This document shows positions 46,873 to 59,082 of a stretch of DNA of 64,000 bases, piece after piece. Numbering within the stretch: position 1 is the first letter of the stretch; every line of letters begins with the position of its first letter. The notes under the pieces are model-generated. The model worked only from the letters and a program-made list of their open reading frames with translations. It was not told the origin of the DNA and did not search any database. The DNA is from Torpedo marmorata. Lineage: Eukaryota. The stretch spans positions 15,996,001-16,060,000 of the forward strand of contig OZ360247.1 of the NCBI GenBank assembly GCA_977017645.1. Direction: 5' to 3'. The position numbers and the translations under genes are program-made.

Positions 46873-49778
46873 AGATATTTGTGCAATGTTTGAAGACCAG
46901 AATGAAGGACTTCAGTTCAGTGGATGGATTAGAGATGTTGGATGTGCTCTTCTTGTGGAAACGATGGAGAGATGATCTGGCAGAGCTATCTAAAATCATG
47001 AATTTGTTTAGATTTATTTGTCACATTATACTGAGGATTTTTCTGTGACTTGTCTAACAGGTTAGTTCTAACATTCATACAACTGTATAAAGTAGAAGAA
47101 ATGGAGAGCTGTGGAGGTTGGTGTTGAATGTAGACAAGGCCATGGTTGATAGTCTTTATGAGGGAGTCAAGAGTTATCGGGGTGGGGCAGGAAAGAGTTG
47201 AAAGCAAGATCAGAGCACCAATCCTAATGAATGGGAAATAGGCTAGAGGGGTAAATAACCATTGCTTTATGATCTTAGCTTGGGCTTTGATGTTTTTCAT
47301 TGATCCCAGTAGGTGTTGGCCTCTAGTGGCACCCCCCTCCCCTCATCCCGAAAGATTTGTGGTAATGCATCAGTCAGGTGAGGTGTTCATAGTGAATTCT
47401 CCCTGGAACAGTCTGGGTCATTGATTGTCATACCTCCAGTGGAACGCTCCAGGAATACTGGCCACCATTCAGCTTGCTAGGCTGAAAGGGTTAAACTCAG
47501 AACTGATGTGACACTGTTTTGCAAGCAGGTCCTGATGGAACTCTCAGTGCTCTGTTACGGAATCTGGTCTCCACATTAAAATTCACATTAGACCCATGCA
47601 CGTGCACACGCACGTATACACATAATACACATTCATGCACATACAAACATATTCATAGTATATGTGTTCATGGAAATAGATACTTACGCATTTACTTACC
47701 ACCCAGATGCAGCAAGGTAAATATATATCAACTGAATTAAGGGCTCTAAAAGAAGGAAAAGCTCCGTGAATTATTGACTGACTCAACGAGTCGGACTGAT
47801 TTGGCCTCTCTTGGGGTGCTTGTCTGCTCTACATCTTTAATAAACCTGTCTTCCACTGACAGTTTCTTTCTGCCTGGAATGTGCCAGTAATGTGCTTGTG
47901 ACTGCACTCTCCAGCTACCAAGCCTAAAGCTCCTTGACCTGCAAAGGAAAGCAGGGCATCTTTGGAACACAAAATGGTGAACAGGATTGTTTCTGACAGA
48001 TCCGTGGGGTTGGATACAGAATGAAATCGGAAATGTACAGCCTGCACCGGTGACAGTTTAACTCCAGTGGGCATTAGCATTACCATGTCAGCACTACCCT
48101 AGATATCGAACCAGTTGCAGCATTGTGCTCGAGACAGGCTATATTCGTCTGAGCAGACAAAGAATTGCTGGAGGAACTCAGCAGGTCAGACAGCATCCAT
48201 GGGTAGAAATGGTCAGTAAACATTTCGGGTCTGGACCCTTTACCAAGATGACAGGGAAGTGGGTAATATTACGTATATAAAGGGGGAAGGGGCCCAGAGA
48301 GGATAGGACAGAAGGTGTGAGAGGTGGAGAGACAGGTAGAGGGAGAGACAGGTAGAGGGAGAGACCACTTGGATGGGTTGGGGGAAGAAAAGTTAGAGGG
48401 TGGAAAATGTAAGTAAAGGAGTGGGTGGAGATAGAAATAGTGGAAACTTGCTATCTCTTCTTTACGTCAACTATTTCCATCTCTTCTTTACTTACTAAGC
48501 TTGTCTGATTGTGCTTCCCAAGCTTAAAGCCAATGTTATCCTGTATTTTACTTCCCTTCTCCGACTCTTCCATTTCTCTGCCACTTTTGGCTTCTTGCTC
48601 ATCCCTGCTTCCAGCGCTGGCGGTCACGTATTCAGCTGTCCATTCCCTCTCCACCTCCCTGTCTCCCTTTAAATGCTCATTTTAAACCCACCTTCATGAT
48701 CAAGCTCTCAGCTACATGCTGTTTCATCATCTTTTGTGTTTTTCTGTCTGCTGACCATCCAAAGTTATGCCTCAGAATGTTTTAATATGTTAAAAAGTTA
48801 TATGCAGGGGTTAGATAACAATACAAGCTGCTTCTGTCTCATCTTCAGTGTCCTGAGATCAAAGCCAGTAACAGGAAACAGCTTAAGTATTGGTGCTTGT
48901 TGGAGCTGGAATAAAGTCACTTATCTCAGAGAGGTAGAACAAGTAAATCTGCATATGCTACTCATCAATTGATTTCCTTGTTAGATGCCTCGTAGCAAAC
49001 ATTAGGATTAATGGCATGCAGAGAGTATGCTGTGAATTTAATGATTTATACTCCAGTTTCTGGAGGGAGAAGGAATGACATTTGGCTGCTTTAAATCAGG
49101 CAAAAACGACTCATTACTGAGGAGCGAGTAAACTGAAGCACACACGGAATGAATATAAAGTATTCATTCATTGAATGAATGAATAATCTGCTTCCCAGTT
49201 GTTGTCTCCTTAGGCACCAGTGGGTTCAAACTGCAGCTTGGCCATGTGGCCACCGAGAAGTCATGGAGGAAGAGCTAAGACTCAGTGCTGCATCCGGCAG
49301 AGTGGGTGATGGACATGCCTCAAAGGTCTGACACTGCCATTCTGGGGCCTCTGTCACTTGCGTCCTGTTGCAGTGAAGTTGATAAGTCATCCTTTTTTAT
49401 GAGGATTAAACATCACTTAATGTGCAGAGGTTAAGGAATGCCTTGAGGATAATCTCTGGGATGTTGCTGCCAATGAGTCACAGCAGATGCTACTCTTATC
49501 AGCACTGATTCTTTCCCCCAGATTCTTTCCCCCTTTATAGTTGTAATTTCATCTATTCTATCTTTGTATTGATAAAGGGATTTGACTCAAAATGTTGACT
49601 GACCATTTCTACTCATGGAGGCTGCCTGACCTGCTGAGTGCCTCCGGCAATTCTTTGCTCAGGGTTCCAGCTTGCAGCCTTTGTGTTTCTCTGATTTAAA
49701 ACATGTTGGTCATGGGGAGAAGTGGCTCCCTGATCAACAGCCAAGAATTCAGCTGCCAAGTAATGAAGAGGCAATTTT

Positions 49779-52365
49779 ATTTTTTTTTGGAATATTTTAT
49801 TTTTTTACTTTTAAACAGAAAATATACAATTTACATCTATATACAACATTATCATTAAACTCTCCCTCCCTCCCCAACTGAAAAAAGAAAATAAAACATA
49901 CAAAAGAAAAGAAAGAAAATGAAAAACTAAACGTACCGTCAGTGCTTACATTTATTTTTCAATCTTTTTGGAGGTGCCACACCGTTAAATATTTCTACGC
50001 TATGTTGTATTGTACTTTAGGGTTTAAATTACAACTGGACCCCAATATACTCCAGGTATGGTTGCCACACCTTTACAAATGTACCGTATCTATTCCTGAG
50101 ATTATATGTAATTTTCTCCATAGGAATACAGCTGTGCATTTCTGCTGACCACCGAGTGATTTGAAGGGGGGAGTCGGACTTCCAAGTGACTGCTATGCAT
50201 TTTTTTGCTATGGACAAAGCAACTAGCACAAATTGAATTTGGAAATTGGATAATTTGTAGCTTATGTCCATTAGATTTCCAAGGAGATACAACACCAGGT
50301 CCGGTGGAAAGGCCACCCCCGTAATTCTGGTTAGTGTATTAGATATATCATACCAAAAGGGTTGTACCTTTGCACAGGACCAAGTGGAGTGCAGGAAAGT
50401 TCCAATTTCCACACCACATCTGAAACACAGTTCCGATATTTCGGATTTTGATTTGTGTAACTTTTGTGGTGTGAGATATATTTGGTGCAAGAAATTATAT
50501 TGAACCAATCTATATCTAGCATTAATAACCGTCGTCATACTGTCCCTACACCAATCCGACCAGCAACGCTCCTGAATTGTTGTACCCAAGTCCGACTCCC
50601 ACCTCTCCCTCGATCTATGTATACCCTGCTTAGGGCTTTCACTTTGGAGCACAAAATACATTCTGGATATAATTTTGAGTGCATTTCCCAGTCAAAGTAA
50701 CTGTTCTACCTCGTTGCTTATAGGTGGGGTCATTGCAGGACCCCACCTTTCTCGCAAGAAGGATCTTAATTGGAGAAAACAGTGAAAGGTTCTATTAGAC
50801 AAATCATATTTATTTTTGAGTTGTTCAAAGGACATAAGCTGTCCCTTGTCGTAGCAATCTTCAATATATCGAACACCCTTCTGATACCAAACGTTCCATA
50901 TTTTATTACCTAAAATCATGGGTATTGTTATGGACCATGACTGACCATTTGGACTGTGGACGGTCAGCAGGAAGGATGAAGTCTTTTGGAGTACACACTG
51001 GGGCCAGGTACTGAAAGAGTTAACTTCCCCAGGACTTGGTGTACCCAGAGAGAGCAGAGAGAGACAGGCTGTGGAAAAGATACTTTGTTGCACTTTTGCA
51101 AAAGCAGGTGCAGACCTCTGCAAAAAGCAGACAGTTGGGAGTTGCAAAGGCTAATCCAGGCTTGTGCATCCCCGAGGAAAAGGCTGGAAAGATAGCACAT
51201 GGCCTCCTGTCTCAGAGAAATTCTGAGGTAAAGCAACTTCTGTGGAGAACAGGCGTGAGATCAGCGAGACTAGCTGTGAGATCCAAGCACACGCCTCAAT
51301 CAGTGGTATACTGATCTGAACTCGCAATCCTTATGAAAACACAAGAAGGGAACGTCATCAGAGAAGAAAAACAAGTATTTGTAAGCATAAACAGTCATTG
51401 TCTCTCTCCAACGTTCATTCAGAAGTACTTCTACCAGACACAGAGCTGAATTTGAAACCTGAACTTAGAGAGTGAATTTTGTGGACTGTATTATTCTTTT
51501 TTTTGACTGACTAGTTTTTTATGACTGACCTGGGGTTTTTGGGGAATGTTTTTCCATTGTTACATAAGGGTTGGGCACAGACTGTAATGGTCTGGGCTTT
51601 ACACACACACACACCTTTTAGATAAGAATAGTGTTGATAGACGTTTATAGTGGGGTTAATTGTTGTGAAATTATATGTTTAATTGTCTTTAATAAATATA
51701 AATTTCAATTTTACCCCTTTTGCATTGCGTCTTCTGTCATTGCTGGTTTGATTTTGTAACAGTATAAGTTCATTTTGAAACAGAGGTGTCTTGGGGGATA
51801 TTCCAACTTTTCCCCCAATATACTCATTGATTTCTTGCCAAATTTTAATCAGATGTTTCAGAATAGGATTGTTCGTTCTTTTGGATATTAACTTGGTGTT
51901 CCATTTGTAAATAAAGTCCTTAGCTACTTTCTCCCCTATAGTATTTAATCCAATTTGAACCCATGAAGGTGTATCACCCTCCTCAAAAAAGGACAAGAGA
52001 AACCTCGACTGGGCTGCTAAGTAATACTTCTTAAAATCTGGTAGTCGCAAGCCCCCCAATTTATAATCCCATGTCAGCTTTTCCATGGAGACTCTGGAGA
52101 CTTTGCCATTCCAAATAAAGTGTCTTACATATCCATTTAGTGTTTTGAAAAAGGTTTTAGGCAAAGGAATAGGTAAAGATCGAAAAAGGTATTGCAGTTT
52201 CGGCATCACCATCATTTTGATACAGTTAACCCTGCCCACTAATGTGATGGGTAGGCTTCTCCATCTAAGTAAATCATCCTCAATCTTTCCAAGCATCGGG
52301 AGGTAGTTGAGTTGATATAAATTCTGCAAATGATTATCCGTCCTTATCCCTAAATACTTAATGCG
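49779..52365 (-). mobile_element. 5'-truncated L1-clade LINE (ORF2 C-terminus with zinc-binding motif), interrupted by a solo LTR
   Basis: IKYLGI, WRSLPITLVGRVNCIKM, GGLRLPDFKKYYLA and CFRC..TFLHSTWSC. A-rich tail. 15-bp TSD TGAAGAGGCAATTTT (49764-49778, 52366-52380). Confidence 0.9.
50926..51761 (+). mobile_element. Solo LTR, copy 3 of the ~850-bp family
   Basis: TGTTATGG...TTTTGTAACA with perfect 4-bp TSD GTAT. AATAAA at 51691-51696 suggests the sense orientation. Confidence 0.88.
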
Positions 52366-53284
52366 TGAAGAGGCAATTTTCTTGATGACCGGACTGTAGG
52401 GAGGACTCTCCAGCGGTCGGAACGTGGGAGCGAGGTATTGCTGGCAGGAGGTCAAGTGATGTCAACTCCAGGAATATTTCCAAGCAAGGTAGGGGAATGC
52501 CTCAATACTGGGGGTGTCACAATTTTCCCTGCTCCATTCTGGACTGTTTCTTAATCAGTGCCAGTATAAGAAGCCAGTAAAATATCATCGATCTAACTCT
52601 TCTCACCCTCTCTGAAGGCAAAATTATTTTCTGGACACCAGCTTCCTTTTGTCACTTAAAAGCTCAGCAACCCACTGTATAAATGTTTTATTTTGTGCTA
52701 AAGAGTCTTTGGAACCATGCCTATTGAAGGCTCACGATAAATAATTTGCTTGTGACTCACGACTGCTCTTGGCTTTAGAATTACACCCACAACCTTGAGT
52801 TATGTAGTCAAGTGACTGCAGGAAAAGGCAAAATCAAATCAGACGTGCCCACGGCTATCTGCTGTGTTCGATACCTCGTGCACATTTTCATTACACTGCA
52901 GAACATTATCATTATCACCTGAAGCACAGTGCATTCACATTATGCATTTGTTTCCCTGAAATGTTTTGCAAGAAGTCATTTAGAATGAGTTGAATGTAAA
53001 TGCGACATTAGTCATCCAAATGTAAAAGAGCACACTCAGATGAAATTCTTTCCACAGCCATTCCTTCAGATGGGACAGGCAAACATGAAATCATTGAGTG
53101 AATGAATAGTTTCAAAATGGTTAGAATTCTTGTTTTCTTGGTCAATATTCTCTTTATCTTTCAGGAACCTTCGATGAAGAAACAATTTCTGTTTGAAAAA
53201 AAATAATGACCATCTTAATAACCCCATGTATCTCCTTGGGGCTGTTCACCACAAGAAACAAAAGGCTAAAAATGTTTTAAGAGT

Positions 53285-53420
53285 GTTTTAGGAAATGTCG
53301 CTGCAATTTGTGCACAGCAAGATCCCACAAACAGCCAAATAATAAAAAATAAATTTACTCGTATTGGTTGAGCAATAAGTGTTGGTTTGGATTCCATCAG
53401 GAAGTTCCTCGATCTTTTCT
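53285..53420 (-). mobile_element. Deu-domain SINE (SacSINE1/AmnSINE-like) remnant
   Basis: The reverse reads gctgtttgtgggatcttgctgtgcacaaattgcagcgacatttcct, matching my recollection of the Deu-domain core. Confidence 0.6.
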
Positions 53421-54187
53421 GTCCACATGAGGGGGCAGACTGATCCTTGATCAAGTTCAAATCAATGGGAATCTCAGGAGAGTGTGTCAAGGGAATGAAC
53501 AACATCATTTCTACATCCTGTATCTCTGCTCTTGCCTTCCTCTCTCTCTAACATTGGCCAAGGGTACGTAAGAATAAAAAAAATCAGAGAAGCAGGAGTG
53601 GGCTGAATGTTCCACCATTCAGTATCATGGCTGATATCCTCCTGACCCCACTGTCACGTTCCTGCCTGTTCCCATTACCCTGGATTCCCATATGGAGCAA
53701 AAATCTATCTCAACCTTGAACGTGTAATGCTTCCGCAGGTTTCTGGGGTCCAGAATTTGAAAGATTTACAGCTCTTTGAGGATCTCAACAAAGGGTCCAA
53801 CCTGAAAGGTTGACTGACAATTTCTCTCCATGGATGTTGCCTGACCCATTGAGACTCTCCAGTTTTTCTTTGTTCTTACACAAGGCCAAAGTACCTCCTT
53901 ATCTCCGCATTAAATAAACAAATCCTTATTGTGAAATGATGCCTCCTCATTGTAAATACATTCTCAGCAGGTACTTTTCAATTCTCAGAATCTCTCAATC
54001 TTCTAAATTCCAAGGAGGTTTGATCCAACTTGCTCAACCTTTCCTCATGAGCCAATGCCTTCAGTCTAGTATTCAATGAAGTGAACCTTTTTTTCCAACT
54101 ATCTACAGTACAAGAATATCCCCTCCTTATATAAGGAGATCAATAGAGGTTTGCAGGTTTAAAATAGGCACAGATATGGTACATAGT

Positions 54188-54431
54188 TGATAGGCCTATC
54201 AATAACTCCCAAGAGGCAGGAAGTAGTGCAAGAACAGTAGGCTTTTATTAGCTATAAAAGGGAGCTGCAGTTGACCTGCTGAGACCTGCTGATCTATCCC
54301 GGACTGAGGGCGGAGCAGTAGCACAAGGGCCTTTATTCGGGGGAGGAAGGGGGAGGAGCCACCGGGACAGACAGCAGGACATGCCCAGACTTATCCCCAG
54401 CCCATAATACATATAACAGTGGTTTACCACA
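54188..54431 (-). mobile_element. Solo LTR related to the LTR of the 18780 Gypsy, inserted in a CR1 3' fragment
   Basis: The minus strand begins TGTGGTAAACCACT, like the 18780 LTR, and ends GATAGGCCTATCA. 5-bp TSD ATAGT (54183-54187, 54432-54436). Confidence 0.85.
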
Positions 54432-55039
54432 ATAGTCCAACTCTATTCTCTCATGGGTTAACAACCGCAAGAGGGCATAGGTTCAAGGTGAGAGGAAGGA
54501 GTTTTGTAGAAGATCTGAGGGGTTCGTGTTTTACACAGCGAGTGGTTGATATCTGGATCAAACTGCCAGAAGAGGTGGAATCAGATACAATCACTACGTT
54601 TAAGAGACATTTCAAGAGACTGTTAAAAAGGCAAAGCATTGAACATATTGAACATATGTACATTGTACAATGTATACGGCAATAAATTCATTAATGTTAT
54701 TAAGACAGAATTAATATGGGCAAATGGGGTTAATGTAGATGGGAAAAAAGGTCAGCATGGACATGGTGCGCCAAAGGGCTTGATTCTGTGTTGTTCGACT
54801 CAATGACTAAGATAAAAAGAGCTTTGTCTTTGGTGGTGATGTGCTCATCTGATTAAGGGAGTGGCTAACTGACCAAAAACACAGAGCTGAGATAAATGAG
54901 TCACTTTCCATTAATTTGTGGGTCCCGCAGCGATCAGTGCTGGGTCCCTCAACTACCTGTCATCTATAATAATGGCAGATGAAGTAATTGAGTGTATTCC
55001 AGCCAAGTTGATTCAAAAAGGGATGGTTTAACAAGTTAT

Positions 55040-55860
55040 TCAAGATTCAATTTATTGTCATAGTAATAAAACAGTGTCATATTACATGAAATTTCTTTTT
55101 GCCTGCTGCAAGGCAGACAGATTCGCCACCGGCAGAAATTGCCTAAGCGCCTCTAACATTCCTTACAGTCAGAGAAAGAGAAGCAAAAGAGAGTCTCCCC
55201 AGAGTCACCGAGTGTCCGTAGATTCGCCTCCAGCGCCACACAGAGTCCAGTCCAAACCATCGGCAACCTGAGCTCCAGATCCGAACCTCCGACACAGTCA
55301 GGAACCCTTCGGCGCCCTCGGCACCCCCTCGCATCCTGGTTCCGATACCTGGTACTCCTCCAGCCAGTTTGAGCCAGTTTCCAGCAGTCCGCAGCATGGC
55401 GCGAGTCCCCCGACAGCAGTCTCCAGCAGCCCACAGCCTCCGCGGGTTCCTCGCCTCGATTCGCCAGCAGTCTGCTGCATGCACTGGTCCTTCAGCCTCA
55501 GAGCACCTCACTGGTCTGCCGCCGTGGTCACCGTCCCGTGGGTTGTCTCCTCCGCTTCTCCTTCTCAGATTGGTGGGGGGGGGTGATCTTTCCGTCCTCT
55601 GGTGCCCTGCTCCAGTCCTCTGCTTCCTCGTGGCTGCTGCTGATTAATAGGCGCTGCCATGTTGGGCGCAGACCCCGAAGTCGCGGGATCTTAAATAAAA
55701 CCACCGTCGGCTCCCTCAACGGGCCGTTCAAAGCCCGTGCGGAGCCGATGGCAGTCGACTGGGCTGCTGGACCCCGCGGGAGCGCTGCATCTCCGCTCCT
55801 TCGCTCCCCGCGGGTCCGCACCAGCGGCTCCGGCAGCGCCACCATTTTCAGCGTGTGTAT
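55040..55860 (-). mobile_element. GC-rich non-coding retroposon with a Rex-like tail, copy 2, in a degraded CR1
   Basis: Collinear with 31132-31936. Flanked by a 52-bp direct repeat (54988-55039 and 55861-55912, two mismatches). Confidence 0.8.
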
Positions 55861-56498
55861 TTGAGTGTTTTCCACCCAAGTTGATTCAAAAAGGGATGGT
55901 TTAACAAGTTATGAGGACATAAATAGCCTGTCAAGCAATGTAGGCAGGTTAAACAAATGGACAAGGAGTGGCAGATGGAGCATATTGTGAGAAAATGTGA
56001 GTTTATTTATATTGGAACGAAAAATGAAAAAGCAATTCAAAAAAATGGAACAAGATTATAAAATGTTGTGGTGTATGGAGATTTGGTGGTCCCAGTACAT
56101 GTAATATAAAATGATAGATAGGTAATTATGATTGTTAATGGGATGTTGGTCTTTGTTAGAAGGATTATAGAGTATAAAAAAGGGAAATTTTGATTCAGGA
56201 TGATAGGGCATGATATTCTGAATTGGAGGCAATTTAGAGAGGATTCACTGGGTTGGTTCCTGTGATGAACGAGCTGAGGTGTGAAAAATGGTTGAGCAGG
56301 TTGTGCTTATCCTCCACTAAGAGTAAAAGGTGATCTTATGAAACATGTAAAGTTCTGAGTGGGCTTGACAGAGTATATACTAAGAGATGGTTCCCCTAAT
56401 ATCTAGAACTCGGGGGACAGAATATGAGTTCAGGTGGAGGGGAAGAGGAATTTCTTCTCTTGAAGGTTGGGCGAATCTTTGTAATTCTTACTCTGGAG

Positions 56499-56872
56499 CA
56501 GTGTTTTCAAACTGCCCCCCTAATCTCACATTCCACCTTAAGCAATCCCTATGCCATAAGTGCTCTGTGATTAGTAAGGGATTGCTTAAGGTGGTATGTG
56601 AGTGGAAAGAAAAAGTTTGAAAACCACTGTTTTAATCGTACCTAATTGACTCGTTATGTGCACGGTTTCATAACTCTAAAGGAAATGGGCCAATGACAAT
56701 TTTTCTCAAGCAAAATATTTCAGTTACAATTGGGTCTCGAGCAGTGGTTCTCAACCTTCCCTTCCCACTCACATACCACCTTAAGCAATCCCTTACCAAT
56801 CACAGAGCACTTATGGCATAGGGATTACTTAAGGTGGAATGTGAGTTTAGGGGGGCAGTTTGAAAACCACTG
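56499..56872. mobile_element. Composite hAT MITE, two modules plus spacer
   Basis: TIRs CAGTG(G)TTTTCAAACTG and TSD CTCTGGAG/CTCTAGAG (Charlie-type NTCTAGAN). Same modules and spacer as 36154-36773. Confidence 0.88.
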
Positions 56873-57119
56873 CTCTAGAGATATGTGAAGGCAGAGTCCC
56901 TGAATGTATTGTAGGCAGAAACTGACAGACATATATGGAGAGAGAGAGCAGGAAAGTAGTGTTTCCACAAGCGGGGCTGACATGCCTACCCTTGATCCTG
57001 TTCTCTTTTGTTTTAATATTCTGATCCACATTCCCTTATTTGTCAATCACCTAGTGGGGACAATGTGACTTTCCCAGAGTCATGTGTAAGTGGAGGGTTA
57101 GCAGTGCAATGGACCATCT

Positions 57120-57662
57120 TCAGATTCAGATTCAGATTTCAGATTTATTGTCAGAGTACATACATAACATCACATACAACCCTGAGATTCCTTTTTCCTG
57201 CGGGCGCGGCAGAATTACCACTAATTGGTAGTGCAAAAAGTAAACTGTACACAGCATAAACATGTAAACAATCAAAAGAACTGCTAACAGGTAACGAATG
57301 AAACTGAAAAATTGAAAATGAAACTGACTGTGCAATACAGAGAGTGCAAAGAAAAATCAATAAAGTGCACGAGTAAGAGTCCTTAAATGAGTCTCTGATT
57401 TGACTTTGTCATTGAGGAGTCTGATGGTAGAGGGGTAGCAGCTGTTCCTAAACCTGGTGGTGCGAGTCTTGTGGCACCTATACCTCTCTCCTGATGGCAG
57501 CAGCGAGAACAGAGCGTGCGCTGGGTGGTGTGGGTCGTTGATGATTGCTGCTGCCCTCTGACGGCAGCGTTCCCTGTAGATGTACTCAATAGTGGGGAGG
57601 GTTTTGCCAGTAATGTCTTGAGCTGTGTCCACTACCTTTTGGAGTGTTTTACGCTCAGGGGT
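57120..57662 (-). mobile_element. Rex1/Babar 3' fragment with a (TCTGAA)n tail
   Basis: MDTAQDITGKTLPTIE..IINDPHHPAHALFSLLPSG..SCYPSTIRLLN. Confidence 0.85.
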
Positions 57663-58892
57663 GCAATAAGAGACCAGATCTCTGGCACCCCTGCATCCAA
57701 TGACCTAAAGGACACATGTACTTGTCCCTCTAAAGGACAACAAACTTCAGAACTTTTGCATGTCCCTATTACATCCTCTTATAATTTTATACACCTCTGT
57801 TAAATCATCCTTTAGAATCTTCTGTTGCAAAGAAAATAGCACAGCCTAAACAATCTTTCCTCATAACCACGATCCTTCAGCTAAGGAAATTGCTTTGTAG
57901 ATCTCCTCTGCAACTTTTACGATGTTACTGCCTCTTTCCTGTCACATAGTCACCAGAGTTGCCCTCTGTAAAATAAAAGAAGAAACTCTGTAAGCTTGAT
58001 TCATTCCAGCAAAGAAGGCCAACATTCCATTTGTCCTCTAGATCACCTGCTGCACCTGCAAACCAACCTTTTGTGATCCATGCACAAGCACTCCCAGGTC
58101 TCCCTACACAAGAGCATGATTAATTAAGTGACCAGAGATCATTCAAGTCAGGAGCATGACTCACAAAGTTGCTACCTTGCTGTGACACCAATATGTTTAA
58201 GCTTGGTTTGTTGCAATGCCGAATCATTGTGTCAGCAAACTGCTTGTCTTCTGATTGTACTGACATCATATCCTACTATTCATAATGGAAAAACATAGTG
58301 TTTTCCCACACAGATTTACAAACAAAATTACTCAGTTTCAGCCATAAGTGATAGATTGAAGTGGATCCATTCATGGTACTAACATTTCACATGTCCAAAT
58401 TAATGCAGCATAAACTATTTAAATGCTGATAGGTTGCTGTTGTATTGGCTGGTCCACGTACTGTTCAGCAGGATATTTCTTTGGATTCATGACTTCATTT
58501 TGTACAGATTGTGTCATTACTCTTCAAAACTTCCTTCTTGATGGATAAAATGTTTAAGTTTCATTTACACAGATTGGAGTCACTAAGTGGAGTTAATGCA
58601 AAGTGCACGATTCTATCCTTCTGGTTTATTTCCCTCTCTCCTGCCTACTTTCATTTCCGTGTACTTTACAGCAAGCTGCTTTGTTTCCTCGGGGACAGTG
58701 AAGAAGGTTCATTTCTTCAGCCTTTGTTCAGAGAGTAGCATTCAAGTCTGAGCCAGAGGATTCAATGTTCAATCCCCATTGAAGAAACCTAAACACAAAC
58801 TGCAAGGCGGAGTTCCAAGAGAGTGCAGCATAGGCAGCGGCATTATCCTTTTAAAGGGAATAATAGATTCCTTGGCAATACAGTACTTACAA

Positions 58893-59082
58893 AGAGAGCA
58901 GGGGAGTTCTCCCATTTGTCCAAGATCAATATTCATCCCTCAACCAATTGCGAGAAATCATCGGGGTACTTATCATATCGCTGTTTCCTGGCTTCACTTT
59001 GCTCAGATTTGGCTGTCGTTACCTCCAATCTAGCTGTCACCGTTGTAAGATGTTATATTAATGCAATCTTGTTCTTTCTTTT
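58893..59082 (+). mobile_element. Deu-domain SINE remnant
   Basis: gagcaggggagttctccc..caatattcatccctcaaccaa..atattaatgcaatcttgttcttt matches the Deu core and tail as I recall them. Confidence 0.6.

Noticed and set aside
47316-47336. CTCF-like motif (also at ~53422-53438)
   Set aside because: Core positions are mismatched, and such matches are expected by chance in 64 kb.
49161-49185. Short palindrome TATTCATTCATTGAATGAATGAATA
   Set aside because: It is explained by inverted (TTCA)n microsatellite units.
55528-55879. Overlapping ~110-150 aa ORFs in the GC-rich repeat (also 31102-31766)
   Set aside because: They occur in several frames on both strands because of high GC, and their boundaries differ between the two copies.
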